Positions 29,259 through 38,544 of a stretch of DNA of 64,000 nucleotides are shown here, in pieces. The position numbers were made by a program, and so were the translations under genes. The notes beneath the pieces were generated by a model, which worked only from the letters and a program-made list of their open reading frames with translations, was not told the DNA's origin and ran no database searches. Origin of the DNA: an uncultured Bacilli bacterium (GTDB lineage Bacteria > Bacillota_I > Bacilli_A > RF39 > UBA660); NCBI GenBank assembly GCA_934130375.1, contig CAKOXW010000001.1, forward strand, positions 50,946 to 114,945. The letters are read 5' to 3'. Numbering within the stretch: the stretch's first letter is position 1; each line of letters starts with the position of its first letter.

Positions 29259-29924
29259 ATGGAAGAAGAAAAGGTGGTTAAAAAATTTAGTTTTGTTAAG
29301 TTATTGCTAGTATTATTAATAATGTACGTAATTGGTTATTTTGGTTATAAAGTAGCAATATCAAGGATAACTAATATATATATTAAAAATAATAATATAC
29401 TTACTGATCAAGAAGTAATAGATGCATCTGGACTTAGAAATTATCCTAGTTTTATATTAACAACTAATTATTCAATTAAGAATAAGTTATTAAAAAATAA
29501 TTTAGTAAAAAAAGTTAAAGTAAAAAAGGGTTTATGGGGAAAAGTATATATAGATATTGAGGAATATAAACCATTATTTATATATGAAGATAAAGTAATA
29601 TTAGATAATAAAAATGAAGTAGACCTTGATATATCACTTCCAATACTTGTTAATAAAGTAGATGATGAAATTTTAGATAAATTAATAAGTAAATATGAAA
29701 GTGTTAATGATGAAATAAAGTTAATGATTTCTGAAATTAGATATGACCCAAATGATATAGATAAAGAAAGATTTTTATTTACTATGAGTGATGGTAATTA
29801 TGTATATATTACTTTATATAAATTAAGTTCAATAGATGAGTATTTGAAGATTACATCTACACTAAAGGATAAAAAAGGTATACTATATTTAGATAGTGGT
29901 AATTATTTTGAAGTATTTAAATAA
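29259..29924 (+). CDS. divIB: cell division protein DivIB/FtsQ (POTRA domain)
   Basis: N-terminal TM followed by IKNNNILTDQEVIDASGL (POTRA). Sits directly after murB. Confidence 0.75.
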   Translation: MEEEKVVKKFSFVKLLLVLLIMYVIGYFGYKVAISRITNIYIKNNNILTDQEVIDASGLRNYPSFILTTNYSIKNKLLKNNLVKKVKVKKGLWGKVYIDIEEYKPLFIYEDKVILDNKNEVDLDISLPILVNKVDDEILDKLISKYESVNDEIKLMISEIRYDPNDIDKERFLFTMSDGNYVYITLYKLSSIDEYLKITSTLKDKKGILYLDSGNYFEVFK

Positions 29925-29940
29925 CAAGCAATTGTTATTT

Positions 29941-29965
29941 TTTTATGTATTCGTGGGCTTTGATA
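29941..29965 (+). repeat. copy 2 of conserved 3'-flank motif (TTTTATGTATTCGTGGGCTTTGATA)
   Basis: 17 nt after the divIB stop. A hairpin plus T-run terminator follows at ~30008-30036. Confidence 0.7.
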
Positions 29966-30097
29966 GTATGCAGTTTGAGTAAATTGTGTAAATATATAAA
30001 ACAAATTGATTTAAGTTGTTGCTTAAATCTTTTTTAATATTTATATTTTCTTAAAAATATTTTTGTGATATACTATTTATAGAATAGGTGGTGTCGC

Positions 30098-31657
30098 ATG
30101 AAAAGAGTGCTTAAATATCTAGTTTTAACTTTAGTTTTTGTTGCAGGTAATGTGTATGCATCTCCTGCAAATGATATGTTTATTGATGATAATTTGTATA
30201 AGTGTGTAGTTGATAATTATAATAGTGAGAAGGGTACTAGTTATAAGTATACTGATGTTATTTATCAAGCAGATTTAAATAGTTTAACTAAGTTAGATTG
30301 TTCTAAGTATTCAGGTTCAATTGATAATTTGACTGGTCTTAATAAATTAATTGGTCTTACTAGTCTTAATTTGAGTGGTAATACTTTTATAGGTGGAAGT
30401 CTTACTTTAAATAAAAGTACTGCTAATTTAAAGAGTAATTTAAATTTACCAAGTCAAATTAAACTAAGTAATGTAACTTATACTATGTCTACTCCAAATA
30501 TTGTTAGTATTAAAAATGGCGTTGTAACACCTTTAAATATAGGTTCAACAAAAGTTACGATGATTGCAAATACGAATGGTGGCTCAATTAAAGAAGAGTA
30601 TTTGGTAACAGTTTCTAGTTTAAATAGAAGTAATAACAATAAGCTAGCATCTCTTTATTTATCACAAGGTGAATTTAAATTTGATAGTGATACTTTATCT
30701 TATTCGACTATAGTTGATAATAGTATAAATAAGGTAACCGTTACCGCTAAGGTGCTTGATCCTAAGGCTAAATTTGTTACTAATTATGGACCTAGAGAAG
30801 TTACTTTAAATGAAGGAAATAATAATATTGAAATTAAAGTAATGGCTGAAAATGGGGATGTTAAAACTTATACAATATTAGTAATGAGAAGTAATGGTAA
30901 TGATACTAATAACAGATTAATTAATATTGAATTATCTACTGGTAATATTAATTTTTCACCTGATGTATATATTTATTCTTTTACAGTTGCATCAAATGTT
31001 GATGAGTTGATTGTAAAGGGTGTTGCGGAATCTCCTTTATCTAAAGTAGAGGTAAGTGATACTAAGTTAAGAGTTGGTGAAAATAAGATAACTATTACAG
31101 TTACTTCTGAATCTCATGATAAAAAAGAATATCAATTAATTGTTACAAGAGAAGATTACGATTCACTTGATAATTATTTAAGTGCTTTAAATATAGAAGG
31201 TTATCAGATAAATTTTAATAGAAATACATTTAGTTATAATTTAAAAATAAATAATGAGAAAACTCTTAAGATTTCGCCTGTTGTTGAGAAGAATGATGCA
31301 ACTTATACAATAACAGGTAATACTAATTTAAAGAATAATTCAGTTATTAAGATTTATGTAAGTGACAAGGAAGGTAGTACTAGAACGTACGTGCTTAATA
31401 TCTCTAAGGATGAACCGAAGTTATCTATAGATTATAGATTAGTAATAGTATTTAGTGAATTCTTAATAATATTTATTCTTGTAATTATACTTATAAGTAA
31501 GAATAATAAAAATAGACCCAAGAGGGTTAGAAAAGTAAGACCTGTTAATATGCCTAAGAAGGCTAAGGTTAAGGTAACTAATAATGTATGTAAGAATTGT
31601 GGTACTGTAAATGATATTGGTAGTACTAAGTGTTATATATGTGGTAATAATTTGTAA
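30098..31657 (+). CDS. surface protein with LRR segment, Big_2-like domain and three cadherin-like beta-sandwich repeats; C-terminal TM anchor and cytoplasmic zinc-ribbon tail
   Basis: Signal peptide. LTGLNKLIGLTSLNLSGN (LRR). Three repeats of …NNxLxxLxLSxGxxxFxxDxxxYxxxV…VxAxxxDxxAxV…GxNxIxIxVxAExGDxKTYxIxVxR. TM LVIVFSEFLIIFILVIILI. Ends CKNCGTVNDIGSTKCYICGNNL. Confidence 0.6.
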   Translation: MKRVLKYLVLTLVFVAGNVYASPANDMFIDDNLYKCVVDNYNSEKGTSYKYTDVIYQADLNSLTKLDCSKYSGSIDNLTGLNKLIGLTSLNLSGNTFIGGSLTLNKSTANLKSNLNLPSQIKLSNVTYTMSTPNIVSIKNGVVTPLNIGSTKVTMIANTNGGSIKEEYLVTVSSLNRSNNNKLASLYLSQGEFKFDSDTLSYSTIVDNSINKVTVTAKVLDPKAKFVTNYGPREVTLNEGNNNIEIKVMAENGDVKTYTILVMRSNGNDTNNRLINIELSTGNINFSPDVYIYSFTVASNVDELIVKGVAESPLSKVEVSDTKLRVGENKITITVTSESHDKKEYQLIVTREDYDSLDNYLSALNIEGYQINFNRNTFSYNLKINNEKTLKISPVVEKNDATYTITGNTNLKNNSVIKIYVSDKEGSTRTYVLNISKDEPKLSIDYRLVIVFSEFLIIFILVIILISKNNKNRPKRVRKVRPVNMPKKAKVKVTNNVCKNCGTVNDIGSTKCYICGNNL

Positions 31658-31713
31658 ATTATTGTTGAAATTTGTAAATAGTTTATTATATAATTAAAAT
31701 GATAGGAGGATAT

Positions 31714-32172
31714 ATGAAAAAGTATTTAATGATTGTTGCACTATTCTTATGCTTATTTACTTTTACAGCATGTGAGAAAGTAAGTGAAGAAGGAAATTAT
31801 AAGGAAGGTACTTATTTAGGAACTGTTACTGATAATTATGGTGGTAGTAATGCTACTGCTATGGCTGTTGTATATGTTGATGCTAATGGTTTAATTAAGT
31901 CAGTATATTTAGATACAGTTTATTCTAAAAATGATGTATTAACTACTAAGAAAACATTAGGTAAAGATTATAATATGATAGTAGCATCAGAAGCAAAGAA
32001 AGAATGGTATGAACAAGTTAATTTAATTGAGGCTAAGGTAATTGAAAACCAAGGTACTGATTTTATAAAATTAGATGATAATGGTAAAACTGATGCAATT
32101 GCTGGTGTTACTATGAAAGTTAATGCTTTAGTAGAAGCGTTAAATAGTGCTTTAAATCAAGCAAAGAAATAG
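31714..32172 (+). CDS. lipoprotein, possible FMN-binding-like domain
   Basis: Lipobox LFTFTAC. …DAIAGVTMKVNALVEALN resembles the FMN_bind SGAT(I/V)T(S) region. Weak. Confidence 0.4.
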   Translation: MKKYLMIVALFLCLFTFTACEKVSEEGNYKEGTYLGTVTDNYGGSNATAMAVVYVDANGLIKSVYLDTVYSKNDVLTTKKTLGKDYNMIVASEAKKEWYEQVNLIEAKVIENQGTDFIKLDDNGKTDAIAGVTMKVNALVEALNSALNQAKK

Positions 32173-32258
32173 TGGTTAAAGAGTACAAAAGTACTCTTTT
32201 TTCTATAAATATATTTTAATATTAATAATAATTTGATATAATAAAATAGGTGGTAATA

Positions 32259-34469
32259 ATGGCAAAGAAGAAAAAAAGACAAGTAGAAGAAACTGAAACT
32301 AAACATGGATTAGAGCTTGCAGGATTATTATGGATTCTTATTTCTGTAATTGGTTTTGGTGGTGAAGATTTATTCGGACCGGTTGGTAAAATTATATCTA
32401 ATTTTGCTATATTTTTAAATGGTTCATTGTTTATCGTACCACTTATTATGGTGTTTGTTTTTGGTGGATATGAACTTATAAAAAATAAAAAGATTGTGCC
32501 ATTTACAACAAGGTATATTGGGTTTTATTTAGTATTAATAGGTGCTTTAGTGTTATGTCATATAACATATGTAACTGGTAATAATGGTAATATTGCTAAT
32601 ACTTTATCAGCAACAGTATCTGAGTTATTAAATATATTTACTAATAATTTAGATCCTAATGGTGGAGGTATTATTGGTGCTTTATTTTCATTATTATTTG
32701 TAAAAGCATTTTCAGTAAAAGGTGCTTATGTAGTTGCTGGATTTATAATAGTAGTTGGTTTAATACTAATGTTTAATATATCACTTGTTAAGTTGTTTAA
32801 AAATATAGTTAATAATATTAAGACTTTCTCACTTAAAAAAGATTTTAAGAAAGAAGGAATTACTGTTAATGTTGATGAAGAAGGAGATAGTGAGGACTTA
32901 ACTACTAAGAAAATTATTAGTAGTTTAGATGAACTTGATAATAACAAGGTTGAGGAAGAGGTAGTTGAGGAAGAGAAACCTATTGAAGAGAGTGTTGTAA
33001 TTAATTATGAAGGATGTGAAACGCATAATTATATTCTTCCTGATTTTAGAACTTTATTGAAAAAAGTACCTAAGGGTCAAACTGAGAATAAGAGTGTTAT
33101 TAAAGATAATGTTGTTAAACTTGAGAAAGTTTTATCTGATTTTGATATAGTCGGTAAGGTAGTACAAATAAATGTTGGCCCTTCTATTACTCAGTATGAA
33201 CTTGAATTAAGAAGTGGTACGAAAGTTAATAAAGTATTAAGTATTCAAAGAGAAATTGCTTTAATGCTTGCTGCTAAGGATGTTAGAATAGAAGCACCAA
33301 TTCCTGGTAAGAGTACAATTGGTATTGAAATACCTAATAAGTCTTCTGTTGGTGTATCTTTAAGAGAAGTTATGGAAGATATTCCTAAGAGTTTAGATAA
33401 TAGTAAGCTAGCGGTTGCGTTAGGTAAGAATATAATGGGTAAAACTATGTTTATGGAAATTAATAAAACTCCTCATTTACTTGTTGCAGGTGCGACTGGT
33501 AGTGGTAAATCAGTTTGTATTAATTCTATAATCGCAACAATATTGTTAAGAGCAAAACCAGATGAAGTAAAACTAGTATTAGTAGACCCTAAAAAGGTTG
33601 AAATGAGTATGTATAATGGTGTTCCACATTTACTTATGCCTGTAGTTACTGATCCAAAGAAAGCTTCAGTAGCGCTTATAAAAATGGTATCTGAAATGGA
33701 AAGAAGATATAATTTATTTGAAGAAACTAAGACTAAAAATATAGGCGATTATAATAAGTTTGTAACTGAGAGAAAAGTTAATATGAATGGTACTTTAGAA
33801 AAATTACCATATATAGTAATAATAATAGATGAACTTGCAGATTTAATGCTTGTTGCTGCTAAAGAGGTTGAGGATTCTATTTTAAGAATTACACAAATGG
33901 CAAGGGCAGCAGGTATTCATTTGATAGTGGCAACGCAAAGACCATCAACTGATGTAATTACAGGTGTTGTTAAAGCAAATATACCATCTCGTATTTCTTT
34001 TGCAGTATCTTCATCAATTGATTCAAGGACAATACTTGATATGACTGGTGCAGAGAAATTACTCGGTAAAGGTGATATGTTATTCTTACCAATGGGTGAA
34101 AATACTCCTGTTAGAATTCAAGGTGCATTTGTGTCCGATGAAGAAATACTTAAGATAGTTGATTACACAGTTTCGCAACAAAAAGCACAATTTGATAATA
34201 GATTTTCAGTTGAAACAAGTGCGACAAAGATGCATGATGATGATAATGAAGAAGAGGAATATGAAGATCCACTTTATAAAGATATAGTTGAATTTGTTGT
34301 AAAAACAGGTAAAGCATCCGCATCATTACTACAAAGAAAATATAAATTAGGTTATAATCGTGCGGCAAGAATTATTGATTTATTAGAAGAAAGAGGTATT
34401 GTCGGACCTCAAAATGGTTCTAAGCCAAGAGAAGTACTTGTTAAATTAGAAGGAAGTGATAATGAATGA
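32259..34469 (+). CDS. ftsK: DNA translocase FtsK/SpoIIIE
   Basis: N-terminal TM helices. Motor domain VAGATGSGKSVCINSIIATIL…IIIDELADLM. C-terminal gamma winged-helix SASLLQRKYKLGYNRAARIIDLLEERGIV. Confidence 0.9.
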   Translation: MAKKKKRQVEETETKHGLELAGLLWILISVIGFGGEDLFGPVGKIISNFAIFLNGSLFIVPLIMVFVFGGYELIKNKKIVPFTTRYIGFYLVLIGALVLCHITYVTGNNGNIANTLSATVSELLNIFTNNLDPNGGGIIGALFSLLFVKAFSVKGAYVVAGFIIVVGLILMFNISLVKLFKNIVNNIKTFSLKKDFKKEGITVNVDEEGDSEDLTTKKIISSLDELDNNKVEEEVVEEEKPIEESVVINYEGCETHNYILPDFRTLLKKVPKGQTENKSVIKDNVVKLEKVLSDFDIVGKVVQINVGPSITQYELELRSGTKVNKVLSIQREIALMLAAKDVRIEAPIPGKSTIGIEIPNKSSVGVSLREVMEDIPKSLDNSKLAVALGKNIMGKTMFMEINKTPHLLVAGATGSGKSVCINSIIATILLRAKPDEVKLVLVDPKKVEMSMYNGVPHLLMPVVTDPKKASVALIKMVSEMERRYNLFEETKTKNIGDYNKFVTERKVNMNGTLEKLPYIVIIIDELADLMLVAAKEVEDSILRITQMARAAGIHLIVATQRPSTDVITGVVKANIPSRISFAVSSSIDSRTILDMTGAEKLLGKGDMLFLPMGENTPVRIQGAFVSDEEILKIVDYTVSQQKAQFDNRFSVETSATKMHDDDNEEEEYEDPLYKDIVEFVVKTGKASASLLQRKYKLGYNRAARIIDLLEERGIVGPQNGSKPREVLVKLEGSDNE

Positions 34470-35275
34470 GAGGGGAAAATTATTTCTTAGTATTAGTAAC
34501 AAAAGATGATAATTTATTTAAGGTTCACAAAGAACCACTATCATTACTAGATATAGATAGAAGAACAGTTTTATATAGTGGTAAAAAAGAATTAGTTGAA
34601 ACAATTCTTTCTAAAAATAAAACATTAAAACCAAGTGATGTTAAAGAAGTAAAAATTTATAGAAAACCTAATCTTAAGAAAGAAGAATATAAAGAAGAAA
34701 AAGGACCTCTTTATGTAAAAGATAAAAATGTTATTCCTCCACTACCATCTAATGTAGTATTTGAAAGAGGTAAACTTGTAATTATTTCATCTAATGGTTC
34801 AAGAAGAGATTTAACTCAAGAAGAAAAGAAAAAATATTTAACTGGAAATAATGTTGATTATGAAGATTCTTTTCACTCTAAGTTAGAATTAATGTGCTTA
34901 AATAAGGCTTTTGTGCTTTATTACATAAAAAAATATGCATATGTTAAGGGTCTTATGCCCCTAGTTCAATCTATTAAAGCAGCAATTGATAATGATGTAG
35001 ATTATATGGAGAGTTTTGAACCATTCTTAGAAAAGATGATAAGTACTTATAAAGGAAGAAGAGATGCTTATTTTTCAGTTAAGAATTTTCAAACAAGATA
35101 TAATAGAGCAAAAAAAGAATCAACTGATTATGTATATAAACCTACTAGTGAAGAATTAAAAGAAGATGAACTAACTTATCTAATAAATAATGAAAGAGAA
35201 CTTTTAGATATAGAAGATTTTAGTCATAATAAAGATTTAGATATATTTGATGGTGGTTATGGAAAATCTAAATAA
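34466..35275 (+). CDS. hypothetical protein (269 aa)
   Basis: Start overlaps the ftsK stop. No motif. Confidence 0.4.
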   Translation: MRGENYFLVLVTKDDNLFKVHKEPLSLLDIDRRTVLYSGKKELVETILSKNKTLKPSDVKEVKIYRKPNLKKEEYKEEKGPLYVKDKNVIPPLPSNVVFERGKLVIISSNGSRRDLTQEEKKKYLTGNNVDYEDSFHSKLELMCLNKAFVLYYIKKYAYVKGLMPLVQSIKAAIDNDVDYMESFEPFLEKMISTYKGRRDAYFSVKNFQTRYNRAKKESTDYVYKPTSEELKEDELTYLINNERELLDIEDFSHNKDLDIFDGGYGKSK

Positions 35276-36149
35276 GTTTATTAGATATTTAAAAACTGAG
35301 AGAAATTATAGTGACTATACTATACATAATTATGAATTAGATATAACTGATTATCTAATTTTTTCTAAGGAAAATAGTATTGATATATATAATGTTAACT
35401 ACAATGATGTTAAGAAGTACTTACTTAGTTTATATAATAAGAAGTACAAGGTATCAAGTATAGATAGACATATTAGTTCTTTAAGAGCATTTTATTCTTA
35501 TTTATATGATAATAATTTAGTTGGTAGAAATATGTTTAAGTATATATCTTTGCCTAAGAAAGAGAAATTACTTCCTAAGTATGTTAATACTAGTGATTTA
35601 GATATTATATTTAATTCTATTGAATTAGATACTCCAATTGGTATTAGAAATAGACTTATATTTGAATTATTATATGCAACTGGTATGAGAGTTAGTGAGT
35701 TATGTAATATATGCTTAAGTGATATTAATATTAGTGAAAGAACAATAAGGATTATTGGTAAAGGTAATAAAGAGAGAATTGTTATATTTAATCATACTTG
35801 TAGTGATATATTGTCTTTGTATTTAGAAGAGGCAAGGTGTTTACTTTTAAATGGAAAAAGTAGTAATTATTTACTTGTTGGTAAGAATAAAACTAGTCAT
35901 TTAAGTGTTAGAAGTGTTGAATTAATTATTGATAAAGTAATATTAAATGCTGGTATTAATAAAAATATTACTCCTCATACAATAAGGCATACTTTTGCAA
36001 CTCATCTTTTAAATGAGGGATGTGATATATTAGTTGTTAAAGAATTACTTGGGCATTCTTCATTAGATACTACTGGAATATATACACATGTTTCAAATGA
36101 AAGATTAAGGGGAGTTTATTTAAATAGCCATCCGAGGGCTAAAAAATAG
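35259..36149 (+). CDS. tyrosine recombinase XerC/XerD family
   Basis: SAM-like N-terminal domain. C-terminal …HTIRHTFATHLLNEGCDILVVKELLGHSSLDTTGIYTHV (R…HxxR…Y catalytic signature). Confidence 0.8.
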   Translation: MENLNKFIRYLKTERNYSDYTIHNYELDITDYLIFSKENSIDIYNVNYNDVKKYLLSLYNKKYKVSSIDRHISSLRAFYSYLYDNNLVGRNMFKYISLPKKEKLLPKYVNTSDLDIIFNSIELDTPIGIRNRLIFELLYATGMRVSELCNICLSDINISERTIRIIGKGNKERIVIFNHTCSDILSLYLEEARCLLLNGKSSNYLLVGKNKTSHLSVRSVELIIDKVILNAGINKNITPHTIRHTFATHLLNEGCDILVVKELLGHSSLDTTGIYTHVSNERLRGVYLNSHPRAKK

Positions 36150-36253
36150 ATTTATTGAAAGACAAGTTTAATGCTTGTTTTTTTAATAATTATTCATAAA
36201 CTATTGCAATCTTATAAATTATGAGTATAATAGCGTTCTATAGGAGGTTATGT

Positions 36254-36760
36254 ATGGAAAATGTAGTAAGAGAAGTAAATAATGAATTATTTGAATTTGT
36301 TGCTAAGTATGTTTATGAAACATATCAGTATTTAGTATCAATGGAAGAAGTATTAGAGTATGTTAGATTAGTAATGGTTGAGTTAGCAGAAAAGAAGATT
36401 ACTGTTATAGAACAAGGTGAAGTTATCGATATGGTATCTAAGTTAATAATAAATGATACTAAGAAATTAGCGTCTGATACTGAGTTTGAACCTAGTAAAA
36501 AGAAAATTAATAATAATGTTGTTTCTGATGATAGATATGCTTTAGTATTTAAAAGTGCTTATAGTAATCTTAATGAAGATGAACAAATGATTATTAATAA
36601 TGTAATGTTAAATGGTATTTTAAATGAAGATGAAAAAAATGAATATTTAAGTGCTGTTATGAAATTAGTAAGTATTATATTAGAAGATGATGCATATGTA
36701 GCAAATATTGTTTTATATAAAATGCTAAATAATGGTTATTGTAAAGGAAGAAGCAAGTAG
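36254..36760 (+). CDS. hypothetical protein
   Basis: AGGAGG RBS before ATG 36254. No motif. Confidence 0.4.
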   Translation: MENVVREVNNELFEFVAKYVYETYQYLVSMEEVLEYVRLVMVELAEKKITVIEQGEVIDMVSKLIINDTKKLASDTEFEPSKKKINNNVVSDDRYALVFKSAYSNLNEDEQMIINNVMLNGILNEDEKNEYLSAVMKLVSIILEDDAYVANIVLYKMLNNGYCKGRSK

Positions 36761-36833
36761 TTTCTTTTTTTTCTATAAAAATTGACTAATATTTTAAATC
36801 ATAGTATTATATAATTAGTTTAGAAGGTGTTAT

Positions 36834-37229
36834 ATGAAAAGAAATGGTTTTACATTAGTTGAATTACTTGCAGTAATAGTTATACTTTCCTTGATACTCA
36901 CAATCGCATATCCTAAGGTATCAAGTTTGATTGAAAATGAAAAGCAAAGAACATTTAAATTATCAGTTAATTCGCTTATAAATGGCGCTAAAAATGTATG
37001 TGCTAATTACCAAAGTGAATTAAATGCTAGTGAGAAAACATATACATATATAGATAATAAATTTAAATGTGATACCGAGATTTTAGAAATGAGTAATCCT
37101 GGGAAGTTTATATCTCCTTCTACAATTTCATACAACAAGGATTGTGAAGTTAGTTTATCAGTAGAGAATGAAGAATATAAAGCCACAAAAGATTATAGTG
37201 ATAGTGATATAACTATTGTTAGAAAATAA
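36834..37229 (+). CDS. small prepilin-type (ComGC/GspG-like) pilin/pseudopilin
   Basis: MKRNG|FTLVELLAVIVILSLILTIAYP class III signal with Glu+5. 131 aa. Confidence 0.8.
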   Translation: MKRNGFTLVELLAVIVILSLILTIAYPKVSSLIENEKQRTFKLSVNSLINGAKNVCANYQSELNASEKTYTYIDNKFKCDTEILEMSNPGKFISPSTISYNKDCEVSLSVENEEYKATKDYSDSDITIVRK

Positions 37230-37238
37230 GGGGGATTT

Positions 37239-37901
37239 ATGGAAATATTAGAGAAATTAAATGTTAAGGCTAAGGATGAGAGTTTATTTTTAAGTGCTTT
37301 TACTCATAGTTCTTATTGTAATGAGCATAAGAATTGTGAAAATTATGAGAGATTAGAATTCTTAGGTGATAAAGTGCTTGATTTTATAGTAAGTGATTAT
37401 TTATATAGAAATAGACATTTATTTGAAGGTGAAATGACTAAAATAAGGGCTGCTCATGTATGTGAAGAAGCATTATCTACTTATTCTTTAGAGTGTAAAT
37501 TTAATGAATATTTAAGATTAGGTCATGGTGAAGAATTATCAAATGGTAGAAATAATAAATCAATACTTGGAGATGTATTTGAAGCATTTATTGGTGCTTT
37601 ATATATAGACCAAGGCTTAGATATTGCTAAGAAATTTATATATGATACAGTAATTAAATCTATAAATAGTAATGAGAATTTATTTAATGATTATAAATCA
37701 CAATTACAAGAATTAGTTCAAACAGATAGAAAGAGTTTAGAGTATATAGTAACTAGAGAAGATGGACCTGCTCATGATAAAGAATTTGAAGTTAATGTAG
37801 TAGTTGGTAATTTAGTATATGGAACTGGTATTGGGAAAACTAAAAAAGAAGCTGAACAAAATGCTGCTAAAGATGCACTTAGGAAGAAAGCGGATGTATA
37901 A
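37239..37901 (+). CDS. rnc: ribonuclease III
   Basis: AFTHSSY…ERLEFLGDKVLDF (RNase III signature) plus a C-terminal dsRBD. Confidence 0.9.
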   Translation: MEILEKLNVKAKDESLFLSAFTHSSYCNEHKNCENYERLEFLGDKVLDFIVSDYLYRNRHLFEGEMTKIRAAHVCEEALSTYSLECKFNEYLRLGHGEELSNGRNNKSILGDVFEAFIGALYIDQGLDIAKKFIYDTVIKSINSNENLFNDYKSQLQELVQTDRKSLEYIVTREDGPAHDKEFEVNVVVGNLVYGTGIGKTKKEAEQNAAKDALRKKADV

Positions 37902-38421
37902 GTATATAAAAAGATTATTAGATATAATTATTTCATTAATATTAATAATTATATTATCTCCTATATTACTTATTATGTTAATAATTACTAAAATAGAGTT
38001 TTCTGGCAATCCAATATATTCTCAATATAGAATAGGTAAGAATGAGAAACCATTTAAAATATATAAATTTAAAACAATGGATGATAATACTAAGAAAACA
38101 ACTAAAGTAAGTAGAGTAATAAGAACTATAGGATTAGATGAGTTATTACAATTATTCAATGTATTAAATGGTACTATGTCTATAGTTGGTCCAAGGCCAT
38201 TTATTGTTGGTGATTCTTTACCTTCTATGTATAATAAAAAAAGGCATAGTGTAAGACCTGGTATAACAGGACTTGCGCAAGTAAATGGTAGAATAACACT
38301 TACTCATAAAGAAAAATTAAAATATGATGATATATATGTAAATAATGTAAGTTTTATAATGGATTTAAAAATAGTTTTAAAAACTATAAAATATGTATTT
38401 AAAGTAATAATTGGAAAATAA
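37894..38421 (+). CDS. small monotopic phosphoglycosyl transferase (bacterial sugar transferase, PglC/WbaP C-terminal-domain type)
   Basis: MYKYIKRLLDIIISLILIIILSPILL…KPFKIYKFKTM…DELLQLFNVLNGTMSIVGPRPF. ATG overlaps the rnc stop (ATGTATAA). Confidence 0.75.
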   Translation: MYKYIKRLLDIIISLILIIILSPILLIMLIITKIEFSGNPIYSQYRIGKNEKPFKIYKFKTMDDNTKKTTKVSRVIRTIGLDELLQLFNVLNGTMSIVGPRPFIVGDSLPSMYNKKRHSVRPGITGLAQVNGRITLTHKEKLKYDDIYVNNVSFIMDLKIVLKTIKYVFKVIIGK

Positions 38422-38432
38422 TTATTACTTTT

Positions 38433-38456
38433 TTTATGTATTCTTGTGCTTAAGAA
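38433..38456 (+). repeat. copy 3 (degenerate) of conserved 3'-flank motif (TTTATGTATTCTTGTGCTTAAGAA)
   Basis: 12 nt after the phosphoglycosyl transferase stop. Confidence 0.55.
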
Positions 38457-38544
38457 AGTTTATATAATATATTTATAAATTTATATGTTAAAGAATATGC
38501 AATTTTATGATATACTTTATATATAGTAGAAAGGGTGAAATTAT

